Source: Octopus sinensis (taxonomy: Eukaryota). From it: a stretch of 64,000 bases of DNA. The notes under the pieces are model-generated. The model worked only from the letters and a program-made list of their open reading frames with translations. It was not told the origin of the DNA and ran no database searches. Shown piece by piece: positions 38,118 through 51,328 of the stretch. Positions within the stretch are counted from its first letter, which is position 1; each line of letters opens with the position of its first letter. The stretch covers positions 86,924,001 to 86,988,000 of the forward strand of contig NC_042998.1 of assembly GCF_006345805.1 (NCBI RefSeq), read 5' to 3'. A program made the translations under genes and the position numbers.

Positions 38118-39370
38118 GCTACTAATTTTATAAGAGATAACAAAATAATCTGGAGTTATAGTAGCAGTTCTTGTACTCTAGAGAACGTTTTATATCAAAT
38201 GTAAATATCTTCCTCTCTAAAGCATTGGTTGCACTTGCAGTTATTTGGACAAACCTATTTAAGTAAGTGACATGTTTAGTTGGAAACGTGTGTTCAAGTT
38301 ATTTAACAGCACATTATGGGTTTCCTTACACCATTGAAATATTAGTATGACTAGGATTTGTCTTATATGCACAAAGTAGAAACTGAAATAATTAGTGTAG
38401 CAGCAGGTACATATGACAACTCTTGTTCCTAATCAGACAATTTTTTAGCAGATGCAAGCTGTGCCATTTCATCATTATATCCTTCAGCATCAAGTTCTTA
38501 CTCTTTATTTTTACAATCTCAACTAATTTTTTAGAATGTCTTGTAAGTGAATCTGGTAAATGGAAACTATGCTGAAGCATGCACAACACACACACACACA
38601 CATAAATAGGTATAGATAAATAGATTGATCGACAGAGAGGCAGGCAGGTAGAGAGACGGATTAAAATTTCACTTGAAATACATCCTTCAGGCTTGAGTTA
38701 AATTTGCCTCAAATATTTTCCCTAAAATAAATAAACACTGAAAATGATTGATAAAAAAAAATCTATAGAAGTAACTTTTCAGTATTATTAAATACCCGAA
38801 GCTATTTAACGAAGAAAAAGCAACAAAAAAACAACATCATAAGCAAAAAGAAAAAAAAGCACATCTTGTACTATAAAGTTATTGAATAAATTTCCTTCAT
38901 GAAAATTTAGTTTTGCTCTGTAGAGATTATTTTTCTTTTTGTTAAAACTCTGGTTTAATAAAGGAATGTGTTCAACAATTGAATTGTTACAATGTTATCA
39001 TTTCTTTCATAAAAGTTGTATGGATTCCATACAGAAATCCTGTGTAAATAGTGATTTACAGTTCTGACGAATTATAAATAGCATCCAATCTGACCAGGCT
39101 TCATAAAATATCAGTCACATAAATTGCCAGCTAATTGTGTGTCCTTATTGAATTTCAGTTCTTAAAATTTTTGTTTTGTTTTATTTTGTTTCTTTCCTGA
39201 TTTAGTCTAGATAAGTGCAGGTCTGTGTGGTAAGAAATTTGCTTCTCAACCACATGGTTCTGGATTCAGTCCCACTGCGTGGCAACTTGGAAAAGTGTCT
39301 TCTGCTATAGCACTGAGCCAATCAAAGCCTTGCAAGTGAATTTGATAGATAGAAACTGAAAGAAGCCTGT

Positions 39371-39422
<52 letters not shown>

Positions 39423-39429
39423 CATATAA

Positions 39430-41148
39430 AACTTAGATATGTTTCGACCAGAGATTGGTCCAGGCCATGTCTAACTTAATAGCACCACCTGATAGGATTA
39501 TTCGAATCCTGTTTAAGTCAAGTTTTGTTCAAGTAGTGAGTTGTATCCAGTTTTGTTCAAGTAGTGAGTTCTTGTTGGGTGAGTTGTATCCAATTATGGG
39601 TGGCTTATCTGGTATTCTTTGAAGGAATCTATCCAGACTCTGTTTGAAGTTGATGGGATCCTTTTCCTCTTTGATCTCCCTCGGGACAATGTTAAATAGG
39701 GCAGGGCCTGTTGAGGAAAAGAAATTATGTTGCAGTGTACATGTATGTTGTGATCTTGAATTTGGCAGGGGACGTATAGCCCGTGGTCCAAGTCTCGGAT
39801 GAACCTTGAAGCTAATGTTTAGGTCGTTTGGGCAAAGTTGGCGGTATATTTTCCACATCGTACAAATGATGTACCGCTCACGGCGACGCTGGAGGGAGTA
39901 AAGTTTCAAGGCTTTAAGGCGATCCCAATAGTCGAGAGCAGCCATGCCTTCAATTTGTTTAGTGAGAGCCCTCTGGGGTGACTCAATTCTGGAGATGTTT
40001 TGTCTTGTGTGAGGAGACCACAGTGGGCAGCAGTATTCAAGGTGTGGCCGTACAAAGGATGAAAAAAGTGGTATGATGACACCTTGTTCTCTGGACCGGA
40101 AAGTTCTTAAGATCCAGGAACTCATCCTACGAGCTGTATCGACCTTCTTGTTGATGTGTGCACTCCAACTGAGATCGTCATCAACAATTACACCCAGGTC
40201 TCTGATATTGTTAGAGGCTGTGAGCGGTTCCCCTGAAGGAAGAGAGTATGGTTGTTTTAGTGAGGAATTTCTTCCAAAATGCATCAGCTCAAATTTTCCC
40301 TCATTCAGTTGCATTTTGTTTCTGTCTGCCCATTGACTCACAGCATATAGGTCAGACTGGAGTTGAGTTCAGTCTGCTTCTTCATTGACGATTTGCTGGA
40401 GCTTAGTGTCATCAGCGAATATTTTCACTTTGCAGTGATGTACGACACTGGAAAGGTCGTTTACATAAATTATGAAGAGTAGCGGACCCAAAACAGTTCC
40501 CTGGGGAACACCGCTGGTGACTTTTGCTGGGTTTGAGTGGACTCCATCAACTACAACATGTTGTGTTCTATTCGCTAGGAAATACTGAATCCAGTGTAGA
40601 ACTTTTCCACGGATTCCAACATTTGCCAATTTTGAGAGTAGGATGTTATGGTCTACCCTGTCGAACGCTTTACTGAAGTCAAGGTATATGACGTCAGAGT
40701 TCGAACCTGTTCCCAAGGCTTTGAGTACATCTTCAATGTGGTGTAAGAGCTGTGTTAGACAGTCCCTGCCACAGCGAAAGCCATGCTGATTTGAATTTAG
40801 GAGTTTGTGGGTCTCCAGGAAGTCAGCTATCCTTGATCTTAACACTCTTTCAAACACTTTAATGATGTGGGAGGTGAGTGAGATTGGGCGATAGTTGACT
40901 GCGAGGGATCTGTTTCCCTGTTTGAAAACCGGGATGACCGACTGGGATAGAAACTTTTTCGGTATATAACCTGCGTCTAACGAGTTTCTCCAGAGGTTGG
41001 TCAGAGGGACTGCAAGTTGATATCTACATTCCTTCAGGAGACTGGTGGGAAATCTATCAGGGCCTACAGCAGAGTAATGTTTGACCTCATTTATTGCTGC
41101 TACGATGTCGGTGGTAGTGAAGGTTATGTCTGCGATTTTGTGTGTGTC
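39430..41148 (-). mobile_element. Young 5'-truncated CR1/L2-group LINE nested in a family A SINE
   Basis: Long frame NYRPISLTS, YLDFSKAFDRVDH, GVPQGTVLGPLLFIIYVND, IFADDTK and RPHLEYCCPLWSP. The only lesion seen is an in-frame TGA at 40369-40371. SINE halves lie at 39213-39380 and 41149-41280. Confidence 0.92.
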
Positions 41149-41989
41149 TTTATATCTGTTTGTCCTCCACCACCTCTTGACAACCAGCCTTAAAAAGAAA
41201 GTAGGTCCTGGGGTTGATTCATTTGACTAAAAATTCTTCAAGGTGGTGCCCCAGCATGGCCACAGTAAAAGATAAAAGATGTCAATGAGTGGTTCTAAAC
41301 CTTCACATTTTTCACACAAAATAATCCTGCCAAACTTTCCAAGTGCTTTTCCTTCATCTGTGCCACAGCAGTTATGGACAAAGAGGATTTACTACAACTT
41401 CTGAAGACATTTGATTACCAGCACCAAATGGGAGAATGCCCCTATAATACTAGTGAAAATACCACCAGAAAAAAAAAAAAAACTGCCTTTGTTTAATTGC
41501 ACATCTCACTAGCTTCTCCATTTACCAAATTGTAGCAGAACCTGTTTTTCTTTTGATAAGAGGATCTGTATGAACTTACAGAAACCTACAACCTACTGTT
41601 CCTTGGTCAACATGATTCCATTATCAACAATTTTGCTGAAAAAGCATTAAATGATTGCATTGCCTCCAACTTTACTACATGGTATACACCCAACAAAATA
41701 CTTCCCAAACTGTCTTTCTCAACACCTCTTCCTCCTCCTTGCTGTCATTGTCATCAATGTAAAAAGTGCCATTCAAGTGTGGCTGATGCCAGTGCACCTG
41801 ACTGGCTCCCATGCCAGTGGCATGTAAAAAGCACCCACTACACTCTCAGTGTCTGGCATTAGGAAGGACATCCAGTTGTAGAAACCTTACCAAATCAGAT
41901 TGGAGCCTTGTGCAGCCTCCTGGTCTGCCAGTCCTCAGTCAAACTATCCAACCCATGTCAGCATGAAAACCAGACATTAAACGACGTTA

Positions 41990-44450
41990 TCATAGTCCTC
42001 CAGGCAATAACAGGAATTCAAGACAGGTTGCCCCTAGGAGCTCCTCTATGCTGATGACCTTACCCTCATAGCAGAATCACTACCGGAACTAGAAAAGAAA
42101 TTTCAGGTGTGGAAGCTAAGTTTAGAATCAAAAGGCCTTAGTGTCAATGTAGCAAAGACCAAAGTTCTAGTAAGTAAGAAGGCAAACTCATCACACACAC
42201 CCTCGAGTAGGTGGCCCTGCTTGATCTGTAGAAAAGGTGTAGGTAGAAACTCCATAAGATGTACCCAGTGTAAGCTATGGACACATAAGAGGTGCAGCAA
42301 CATCAAAGGAAAATTAACATAGAAGACAGCTTTCATATGTGGCAGATGCACAGGGGCAATAGACACCACAGATACTCAGAAAACAGATTCCATCACACTC
42401 AAGGGGGAGAAACTAGAAGTAGTTGATAGCTTCCGCTACCTAGGTGACCTAGTTAGTAGTGGGGTGGATGCTCAGAGAGTGTTACCACTAGAACAAGAAT
42501 AGCCTGGGCAAAGTTTGAAAAGCTTCTTCCTCTACTGGCAACAAAGGGTCTCTCACTCAGAGTGAAAGGTAGATTGTACAACGCATGTGTGCGAACTGCC
42601 ATGCTTCATGGCAGTGAAACATGGACTGTGACGGCAGAGGACATGCGTAGGCTTGAAAGAAATGAAGCTAGTGGAGGTTGGCGATGTAGGTAAGTCACAC
42701 GGTCGCATCCCTAACGAAATAAGATAAGCCATAAATACAATTTATGCAATGCAGTGCCAACAGAATATAGATGAATTGACGACAAGCCGTTCCACTGTTT
42801 GAGAGAAGATAAGATTTTATTTACAAATGGTGTTAAGGTTAGAAGGTTGTGAGTGCTAGCAGGTGTTGTGTATGTGTGCATGCAACACATGTTTGTGTCT
42901 GTGTGTTCGTGTGTGTGACAGATACAAATGAGGGTGAATGCGTGTGACACAGAAAATACAGAGCATAGAGTTAATGGTGGAAATTGGTTTACAGTTCATG
43001 AGGTACACGGTATGTAAGAGTTCAATATCAAGATGTGTCTCAGGCGGAGACCGGTTGGGCGAATTATTGTTGAGCCGCGGTCGTGGTCTCAATCGCTGAG
43101 CTGGTTCTCTTAATATAGAATTCTTCAGATGGACTGTTTCTACTTGGTGAAGGGATTCACTCTAACAGCATGGATCTGTGAAGTTGGTGTGGACATGTCT
43201 GAAGTGGACGGTGGTGAAGGCGACGATGGTAGAGATGATTTGAAGTTGGTACAATGATGGTGACGATGGCGGCGGAGATAGAAGGCTTTCTGTTGCGGGT
43301 GTACATTAACGTCGTCGTGGCTGATTGTCTGTCGCTGTGACTGGAGCATGTTGAGTAGCTCTGTGGCCAGAGGTTAGCCCTTAGAAGGACTAGAACCAAA
43401 GACCCAAGTATACTGAGAACACTCCCTTATATACAAGTAAGGTGGCTCAACAGAGCCTAGGAAAAGGGACCTTAACCAAAGGCCGTGATTGGTTGGTTTT
43501 GGCCAGTGGCGCAAAATAAGTAGACACAAATCGCGCCACTTGTCAACCAATCAGGTCAGTGGTTACAACAGGAACAACTCGGCCAAAGATGGCTGTAATC
43601 TCAAACGAGATCATTCCTGCCGTGTCTCTCAACAGTGAGGATATCAGAGACCGCTACACTAGCATGATCCACTGGATGTGTAATGTCAGTGTGCACATGC
43701 GACAGAGTGTAAGCAACCTGAGAGAAATGTTGGACATAAGAAGCATCGGATGTGGCGTGCAGGAGAGACGTTTGCGTTAGTATGCTCATGTACTACGGAT
43801 GGATAAGGAGAGATGTGTGAAGAAGTACCACTCCCAAACAGTTGAAGGAATCCGGAGTAGAAGTAGTCCCAGGAATACATGGGATGAGGTGGTCAAGCAT
43901 GACCTTCAAACGTTGGGCCTCATAGAGGCAATGACGAAAGACTGAGATCTCTGGAGATATGCTGTGACTGCGAAGACCCAACAAATAACATGAGTTCATG
44001 GCTGTTTCCTGCACCAACCCATCCAAAGAACCTTGGATCACAAGATGGCCTGCTGTGCCTAACTTGGATCGTAGGGTGACCTGCAGTGCTTGAGGAGACC
44101 TATTGAGTGAAGTACGTCAACATCAAAATAAAAATCAAATGGAAATTGAAGTTGTGATACTCTTGCCGGTGGCACATAAAAAACACCATCCAAACATGGC
44201 CGATGCCAGTGCCACCTTGACTGGCGTCCATGCTGGTGGCACGTAGAAAGCACCAACTGATCATGGACATTGCTAACCTCCTCCGGCCCCTGTGCCGGTG
44301 GCATGTAAAAAGCATCCACTACACTCACGGAGTAGTTGGCATTAGGAAGGGCACTGGAGCCTGGTGCAGCCTCCTGGCTTCCTAGACCCCAGTCAAACCG
44401 TCCAACCCACGCTAGCATGGAAAACAGATGTTAAACGATGATGATGATGA
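41990..44450 (+). mobile_element. RTE LINE 3' portion (RT end, C-terminus, 3' UTR, GAT tail) interrupted by a solo LTR
   Basis: LLYADDL at ~42045 and RTE C-terminal motifs. The coding sequence resumes exactly after the LTR at 43659. Confidence 0.88.
42672..43658 (-). mobile_element. Solo LTR (987 bp) with 4-bp target-site duplication CTAG
   Basis: TG...CA termini, CTAG at 42668-42671 and 43659-43662. Minus-strand TATATAA at 43427-43433, CCAAT motifs upstream, AATAAA at 42816-42821. Confidence 0.85.
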
Positions 44451-44984
44451 TGTCATTGTTGTTCTTTCCCTGCCTCTTCTTTTCCAGCTGCTGCTATCAC
44501 TGCCACTCTCTACTATTGCTGTCACTCCTGTACCTCCTTCTCCTCCTCCTCCTACTACTATGGTATCTTTTCCTCAAAACTTGCTGAAGAAAATTTACTC
44601 TTTTCCCCAAGAATACTACTCAGTGACTGGAAAAGTTTTTGATGTATGAACATTCGTTCTGTCTTCTACCCTCTCACTTATCCCTGCTTCAGAACCACTT
44701 CACCAATGTCAGCTCTAATCTCCACCCTTCTCATCAACCAATAAAGTATTGCAGCTCTTCTTGTTATCATCTGTAGATCAAATAATCACCATGTATTTGT
44801 GTCATGCATTTTTGTCTTAAATTGCATTGATTACTGTTCCTTTCTTGGCTGTTGACTCTGATTAAAAACTGCAGGGAGAGCTGAAGTGAAATAAGCAGGT
44901 ACCAAGGTGGTGCATTGTAGACTTTCCTTAGCAGACAACTTAGCACCTATCTCTATGCAAGTTGGATGTGTTGACATTTGAACA

Positions 44985-45269
44985 TACAGGTCGTCGTCAA
45001 CTTACGACCACAATTGGTTCCGAGTGACTGGTCTAAGTCGATTTGGTCATAAGTCGGCCTATAGGCCTACGTAGCTTTTGTTTTATATTTTTACATTCTT
45101 AAGGTACATTCTCAGGTAAAAGTGACACACAGCATTCTGTATATTTCTAAGAAATTAAACCCATTAGATTTCAACTGGACCATTGATTATTGCTGCCAGG
45201 AGTTGGCGCACCAATCGTAAAGTTGATCAGGCATAAGTCACATCGGTCGTAAGTCAATGATGACCTGTA
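44985..45269. mobile_element. Tigger/pogo-like MITE
   Basis: TA-CAGGTCGTCGTCAACTTACGACC ... GGTCGTAAGTCAATGATGACCTG-TA inverted termini. Confidence 0.82.
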
Positions 45270-45543
45270 TGTATTGTAGATATAGATAAAAAATAAAAGT
45301 AACAGCATCATCAACAATACTAATAACAATCGTCATCATCATCATCACTTTCATTGTCATCATTGTTGTTGTCATCATTATCACCAATGTCACTGCCACT
45401 GCCATCACCTCAGTTGTTGCTGCCTCTAGTGATGTCATTGTCGATGTTATCAAAATCAGTATTGTCATTGTCAGAAATTGAAGAAATCAGATTCTAATCT
45501 TTTTACATCAATAAAACTTCTACACACACACACATGTTATATA

Positions 45544-46712
45544 TACCGTATTTTCCAGTGTATTAACCACACATTTTTTCTGACAGGAAAATCCACGAAA
45601 AGGTGGGATGCAGTTTATACATGGGTACAAAAAAAGTCAATCTAAAACCTGAACATTATTTCTTGTAATTATCCAAGATTCACATGTTTTATGGTGATGC
45701 TGGTTTGCATGGCTGATGGAGGAAAGCTGCCAAGAGGAAGACACTACCCAAAGGCACCAAGTTTCCAGAAAGGGTCATCGTTCTAGCCCAAGTGAAAGGT
45801 TGGATGGATCAGGCATTCATTGAGGACTGGTTCTGGGTAGTGTGGGGTTGGTGCATCAGTGGACTGCATCAGAGAAGGAGTCTCCTGGTTCTGGACACAT
45901 TCAGATGCCACAAGTCAGAAGAAACCAAGTCGAAGATATGACATCGACATGGCAATGATCACTGGGGGAATGACATCTCTTCTTCAACCCTTTGATGTTG
46001 CAATCAACAAACCGTCTCAAGTACTGCTGGGAGGATTGGATAGCCAATGCTGCGAAGGAGATGACAAAGACCGGGCACATGAAGAAAATTGACTTGGGGA
46101 TGATCTGTGAGTGGATTCTGAAGGTCTGGGAGGAGATTCTAGATGACATCATCAAGCAAGCTTTCCTGAAGTGTTGCATATCCAATACACTTGACAGAAG
46201 ATGACATCTCGTGGAAAGACGATGCCATCTCTCCCACCTTTTCTGCTCCAGCGATGATGAGGATGAACTGGCATATGCAGATGATCAATTCTATGAGGTC
46301 TTCAACGGGTCATCTGATGATGAAGAATTCTTAGGCTTTGAGTGAAATCTCTATCCATTAGAGTTGGTCCTTTTTAGGACTGCACATTTTCAAGAAACAT
46401 TATAAAGTTCACAATATGAATAAATAATATAAATACACAATAAAAAGACATTCTCTTATTAACTCCTGCATTTAAAACCTGGACTTTATCTTCTTCCATT
46501 AATAATTATGAATATCAATGATTGCAGTCAGAAATGTTTGTTAAGTATGAAATCATCATGAAATTGAAGTTTGTATTCATCCCACATTTCTCCCTTTTCA
46601 TTAGCCCCCAGATATTTTCCAGTTTCCCCCACATTTTTTTTCCCCATTGGGAACTGATAATCAAGGGTGTGGTTTATACACGGGTGCAGCTTATACTTCG
46701 GCAAATACGGTA
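45544..46712 (+). mobile_element. Internally deleted pogo/Tc2-like DNA transposon
   Basis: TA-CCGTATTT ... AAATACGG-TA termini. DDE_1-like GGMTSLLQPFDVAINKP and ICEWILKVWEEI..IIKQAFLKCCISN fragments. Confidence 0.82.
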
Positions 46713-47463
46713 TATATATATATATATATTAAGCAAGATATAAGTTTGAGGTTATGCAACCATCTAAAGGATAGATGTATCCATAGGCACTCCTGGTGTA
46801 TTACCTCACTATGTATAGTCCTAGCTATAAAGTATATGGTAGCAGGTAATTTAAAAATAAAACCATGGTTTAATATATATAGAAAAGAAAAGAAATGGAG
46901 CAATAATTAACAATGAGAAGTGGATCATTGGTGTTAAAAAGTCATTGTTTAATTGTAGTTTGGAAGCATTTACAGCTACCTTACCAAAAATTTGTTTAGA
47001 AGAAGAAAGGTTAAATATATCATTTGGTTAAATATATTGTTAAATATATATGTTGGATAACAAGTTTTTAAACACTACAGATGGGTGGCAAGACTGTTTG
47101 TGTAGGTAGGAAAGTTTCTCACAGGGCTTATGGTATCGTTTATGAGAGAAAGAGCTTAAATCTAGAGAAACATCTAAAAAAAAAATCAACTTTTGACAAA
47201 TTAGTAGCAACTGAGATTTTAAGACCTAATTGACTAAATTGAGCAGCTGTCCCACAGACTCTAGACCCCTATCCATTCAGCCTCATTATGGCTTCACAGT
47301 GAAAGGGGACATAACTCTAATTTTCCCTTTTTTTTTTCCTTTTATTCCTTTATTTCCTTTTTTTCCCTTTCATTTTTGGTGCTTCATCCTTCCATCTTTT
47401 ACATCTACTTTCTTCTCACCTGTTCTGATATTTTCTCTTATTCTATCATCCTCTTTGAGCTTG

Positions 47464-47725
47464 TATTGGGTTGGTGCATAATTATTGCCGCTTCTTTTTA
47501 ACAAATTTTATTCAACAAAAACAATAACAATATTTAACAAAAAAAAAATCTTTAAATGACGGTCTGACCATCTGCCAAGGAAATGGAAAGTAGTAATTGA
47601 AGTAGATGGTGAATATGCTCCGGAATAATCATTTAAAAATGTTTTTGTTACATGTTGTTATTATTTTTGTTGAATAAAATTTGCTGAAAATAAGCCAACC
47701 ACAATAATTATGCACTAACCCAATA
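47464..47725. mobile_element. Mariner-derived MITE
   Basis: TATTGGGTTGGTGCATAATTATTG ... CAATAATTATGCACTAACCCAATA with longer imperfect inverted arms. Its termini resemble the 30281 mariner. Confidence 0.85.
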
Positions 47726-47938
47726 TATGCCATGAGAGTACGGCCTGAAGATTGCATGAAGGCATCAGACATGTTATAAAATGCTGTCTGTGTCATTTTC
47801 CTCACATAAAACTATTAGTAGGTCATAAAAATATATACTGTGTTCATTAAACAATATTTATCTGTCACATGTTGGAATACTATTTTGTTGATCTTACCTT
47901 CATGCTGCAGTATATGATATGGTGTAGTATATGATATG

Positions 47939-47969
<31 letters not shown>

Positions 47970-47971
47970 TG

Positions 47972-48530
47972 TCAGGTCACTTTCGAGTGCTACTGGTTAC
48001 ATGTAACCCAGTACAACCTGTTGCATGGTCGGGTCGTCAGCGACTAAACCAGCAACCCCACCAAGCTTGCTTGGTGAGGAGGGTGTTTATTGGACACCCT
48101 GCGGGATGAAAAGCAAAGCCCGTCAAAGGGCGGAGGAACTCTTGAGAGTCATCGGCCATCCAATGTTTTAAGGCTGTATCATGCGCGGGGACATAGAAAT
48201 AACCAGATTGAATACCCGACCGCGCGGTTAAACCATTAGGAGTGAAGGACTTCTAGCCTTTGTTAGGGCATCCTTCTAGGAGAAGGTAACTCAGGTAACT
48301 GGGATAACTCCGACATAAAACTTGCTGCTCAGTGGTTACCGTTGATGTTGACTTGTTCTTCTTTTCGGATTATGGCTGCTGTTGCTTAGTGAGTGGGATT
48401 GACTTGTGAGTGGGATTGCACAGCCTTTCCTCACTTTAAAAAAAAATCTTCTTGCACAGTCATTGCACGATAAAAAACATTGATTAAGCTTCGTGCAATG
48501 GCCATACTCAATAACGAGGGGGCAGCCACC
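47972..48530 (+). mobile_element. Short CpG-rich non-coding retroposon (RTE-like 5' UTR motif plus distinct 3' end) inserted in (ATGT)n
   Basis: Flanked by (ATGT)n on both sides. Contains GGGCATCCTTCTAGGAGAAGGTAACTC, similar to RTE 5' UTR motifs as I recall them. No ORF. Confidence 0.55.
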
Positions 48531-49273
48531 ATGTATGTATGTATGTAAGTATGGATGGATGGATGTATGGATGGATTGATGGATGGATGCATGGATGGAT
48601 GCATGCATGCATGCTGCTGCATATTTTTTTTATTGTTCTATCAGCTGTACAAATATGGCTTGAACTGTGTCTCAAGCCTTCATATCGGCAAAATTTTTTT
48701 CCATCTGACTTTTATGTTCAGTTATTATCTACTATCATGTGTCTGTATGTATATACACACAAGTGTTCGCATGTGTGTGTATGTCTGTGTGTGTGTGTAT
48801 TGATGTATGTGCCATTGTGTGGATGGGTGTTTGTATGCTCACTGGTTTTTCTGTACATAAGTTTACTGACTTGTAAATGCATTCACATATATTCACATCA
48901 CCAAGCTTGTAGACATTCATAACATGCATACACATCCATACCCACAATCATATAAACTTATACAATTGCAAATGCACACACACACACATGCTAATTAGAC
49001 AATTATATTATATTATACTGCATTACATTACACTATTGCACTATTTGCCCTTATAGTCAATATTACATCATTACTATTATTATCATTATCAATGCATTAT
49101 CGGTAATTATACCTGGAGTATGATGGAGAGTGTATGTGTGTATATATGTATGTATATATGTATGTATGTATGTATGTATGCATATACGTATGTATATATG
49201 TGTGTGTATGTGTGTGTGTGCATGTGCATGTGTGTGTGCATGTGTGTGCATGTGTGTGTGTACGTGTGTGTGT

Positions 49274-49307
<34 letters not shown>

Positions 49308-50126
49308 ATGTGAGGGAGTGTTACAACACCAGTCAGTTTTCCTGCTGGTTTCCACTGCCTCCTACATGTTCTACTTGTCAGTCAAACTGCACAAAAATAC
49401 GTGTGGTATAATATAACAAGTTATATCTGTCATTGTAAACCTGTTTTATGATCAGAAAAGACAGTCATGCTGAAGTTGAAATATCATTTCTTACAATTCA
49501 AATATTCTATCCATGACTATGAATGAAACCTGGTACTTGAAATTTAATCAGAAATGGAAATCAGATGATTTTTAACTCACATTTCATACATAGGATAATA
49601 GGCATAAAACTAGATGACTTAGTTTTTATCAAAGTAGTTCAGAGTCTCTTAGAACAGACACTGGCATCCTGCAGAAATTTCCAATGGTAACTGAAAAGGC
49701 TTGATTATATTTTAAAATCTCTGCTTTTGAGAGATCATAATCAAGTGCTTTCAACAGAGATAGAATAAAAATAAACAATGACCACCTAGAATAAACTAAT
49801 CTTTTCTACTATAGGCACAAGGCCTGAAATGTTTGGTGAGAGTAATAGTCGATTGCATTGACCCCAGTGCTCGATTGGTACTTATTTTTATCAACCCCAA
49901 AAGGACGAAAGGCAAATTCAACCTCAGCAGAATTTGAACTCAGAATGTAAAGACAGGTGAAATGGGACTAAGCATTTTGCCCAGCATGCTAATCATTCTG
50001 CCAGTTTGTCACCTTAGAATGAACTAATGGACTATGCTTGACTGCTTATAATGAAATAATTGACCATGCTTGACCGCTAAATCTACAAGTTTTTTTCATT
50101 CTCTCACTGTTTAGTTTCTCTTATTC

Positions 50127-50162
50127 CTTTCTGATGAAGAGCATTGGCTCGAAACACAAAAG
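50127..50162 (+). ncRNA. Minimal type-I hammerhead ribozyme motif (probably inactivated copy) in a Penelope-like terminal repeat (~50030-50253)
   Basis: CTTT-CTGATGA-A-GAGC(ATTG)GCTC-GAAAC-ACA-AAAG: stem I, core, stem II and GAAA are present. The expected GT-H cleavage triplet reads ACA. Confidence 0.7.
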
Positions 50163-51328
50163 AGTTTTTCATATTCCCGAGCGTCAAATGAATACACCTG
50201 CTTGTTTGCTCATACACCTGTCTTCGTCTTTTGTTTTTCTATAGATTTCAACAAATTAATACTTTACTGTCTTGAAAGACTTGTTGGGGGTGAATGGAGA
50301 TTTTAGAAAGAAGAATATATGAGATTTGGGGAGAAATGTTTGTGCAGGATGGGAGGCTTTTAAGAGAGAGGGGGAAAGAGAGAGAGGGTGTGTGTGTGAG
50401 CATGAGTGTATCTGTGAGTATGTGTAAGTGTGCCTTGTGTGTGTATATATATGATGTGGGTGGGTTTGGAAAATTTGAATAATTTGGACAGCCAATGTGA
50501 TGCAACAAGGATGAGTGAAATGACTGGCAACAATGAAATACCAACTTCAACAATAAACAACAAGAATAACAATAGCAGCAGTAGCAGTAGTTGCAATAAC
50601 AACAACAACAACAACAATCTACTTGGCATGGGAACCTTTCAATTATTTTAGCTCCTGAGACAAACATTCAGTAATCTGTCTTTTTTAGTTTCTTTTTTCT
50701 TTTTCTTTCTTTCTCTTTCTGATAAAATGAAAGTGGATTAAATTTTAATCTGTTAGCTAAAAGTTAATCCTCTTTAATTTGTAGCCACTGAAATACCAAG
50801 ACATGGATCATTTAAAAAATTTTTTATAATAATAGTTTTAAATGCAAATATTTCCCATCCGCTTGAATGGTAACAAACTGGAAGAAAGTAATGATACTGG
50901 GTTGAAGAGAGAAATAACAGCAGCAGCAGCAGTGGTGACAGCAGTACCAACAACAGCAGCACCACGAGGCTCCAGCGGGGGGTGGGGGGGTAAACCCCAC
51001 TGTACTTTTTCACCTCAACTTTCTCTCACTTTTTCTTCCTACTTCTGCCAAAAAAGCAGAGGAACCATGGTGTAACCCATGGTGTGTTAAACTTTCAGAC
51101 CCTAGTCTAGATTGCAAATCCTAGTACCCCAGGATGGTTCAGCTCTCCACCTGTTAAAAGCCACTGTTTACGGAATGAGGATAACAACGTAGCTTTTGCG
51201 CCCGTGTAACCGCCAGTCTATCGCGTGTGGTGGGTGGATATTCAAGTTTCCACACGCATTCTTAGTAGATTAAAGTAGGGTCAAATTAGGGACTATTCTT
51301 TGTGGCTAATGGTGTGAGTCCTGATTGG

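Noticed and set aside
48336-49416. Multiple 60-127 aa ORFs
   Set aside because: Translations of (GT)n, (ATGT)n and (ATGG)n microsatellites.
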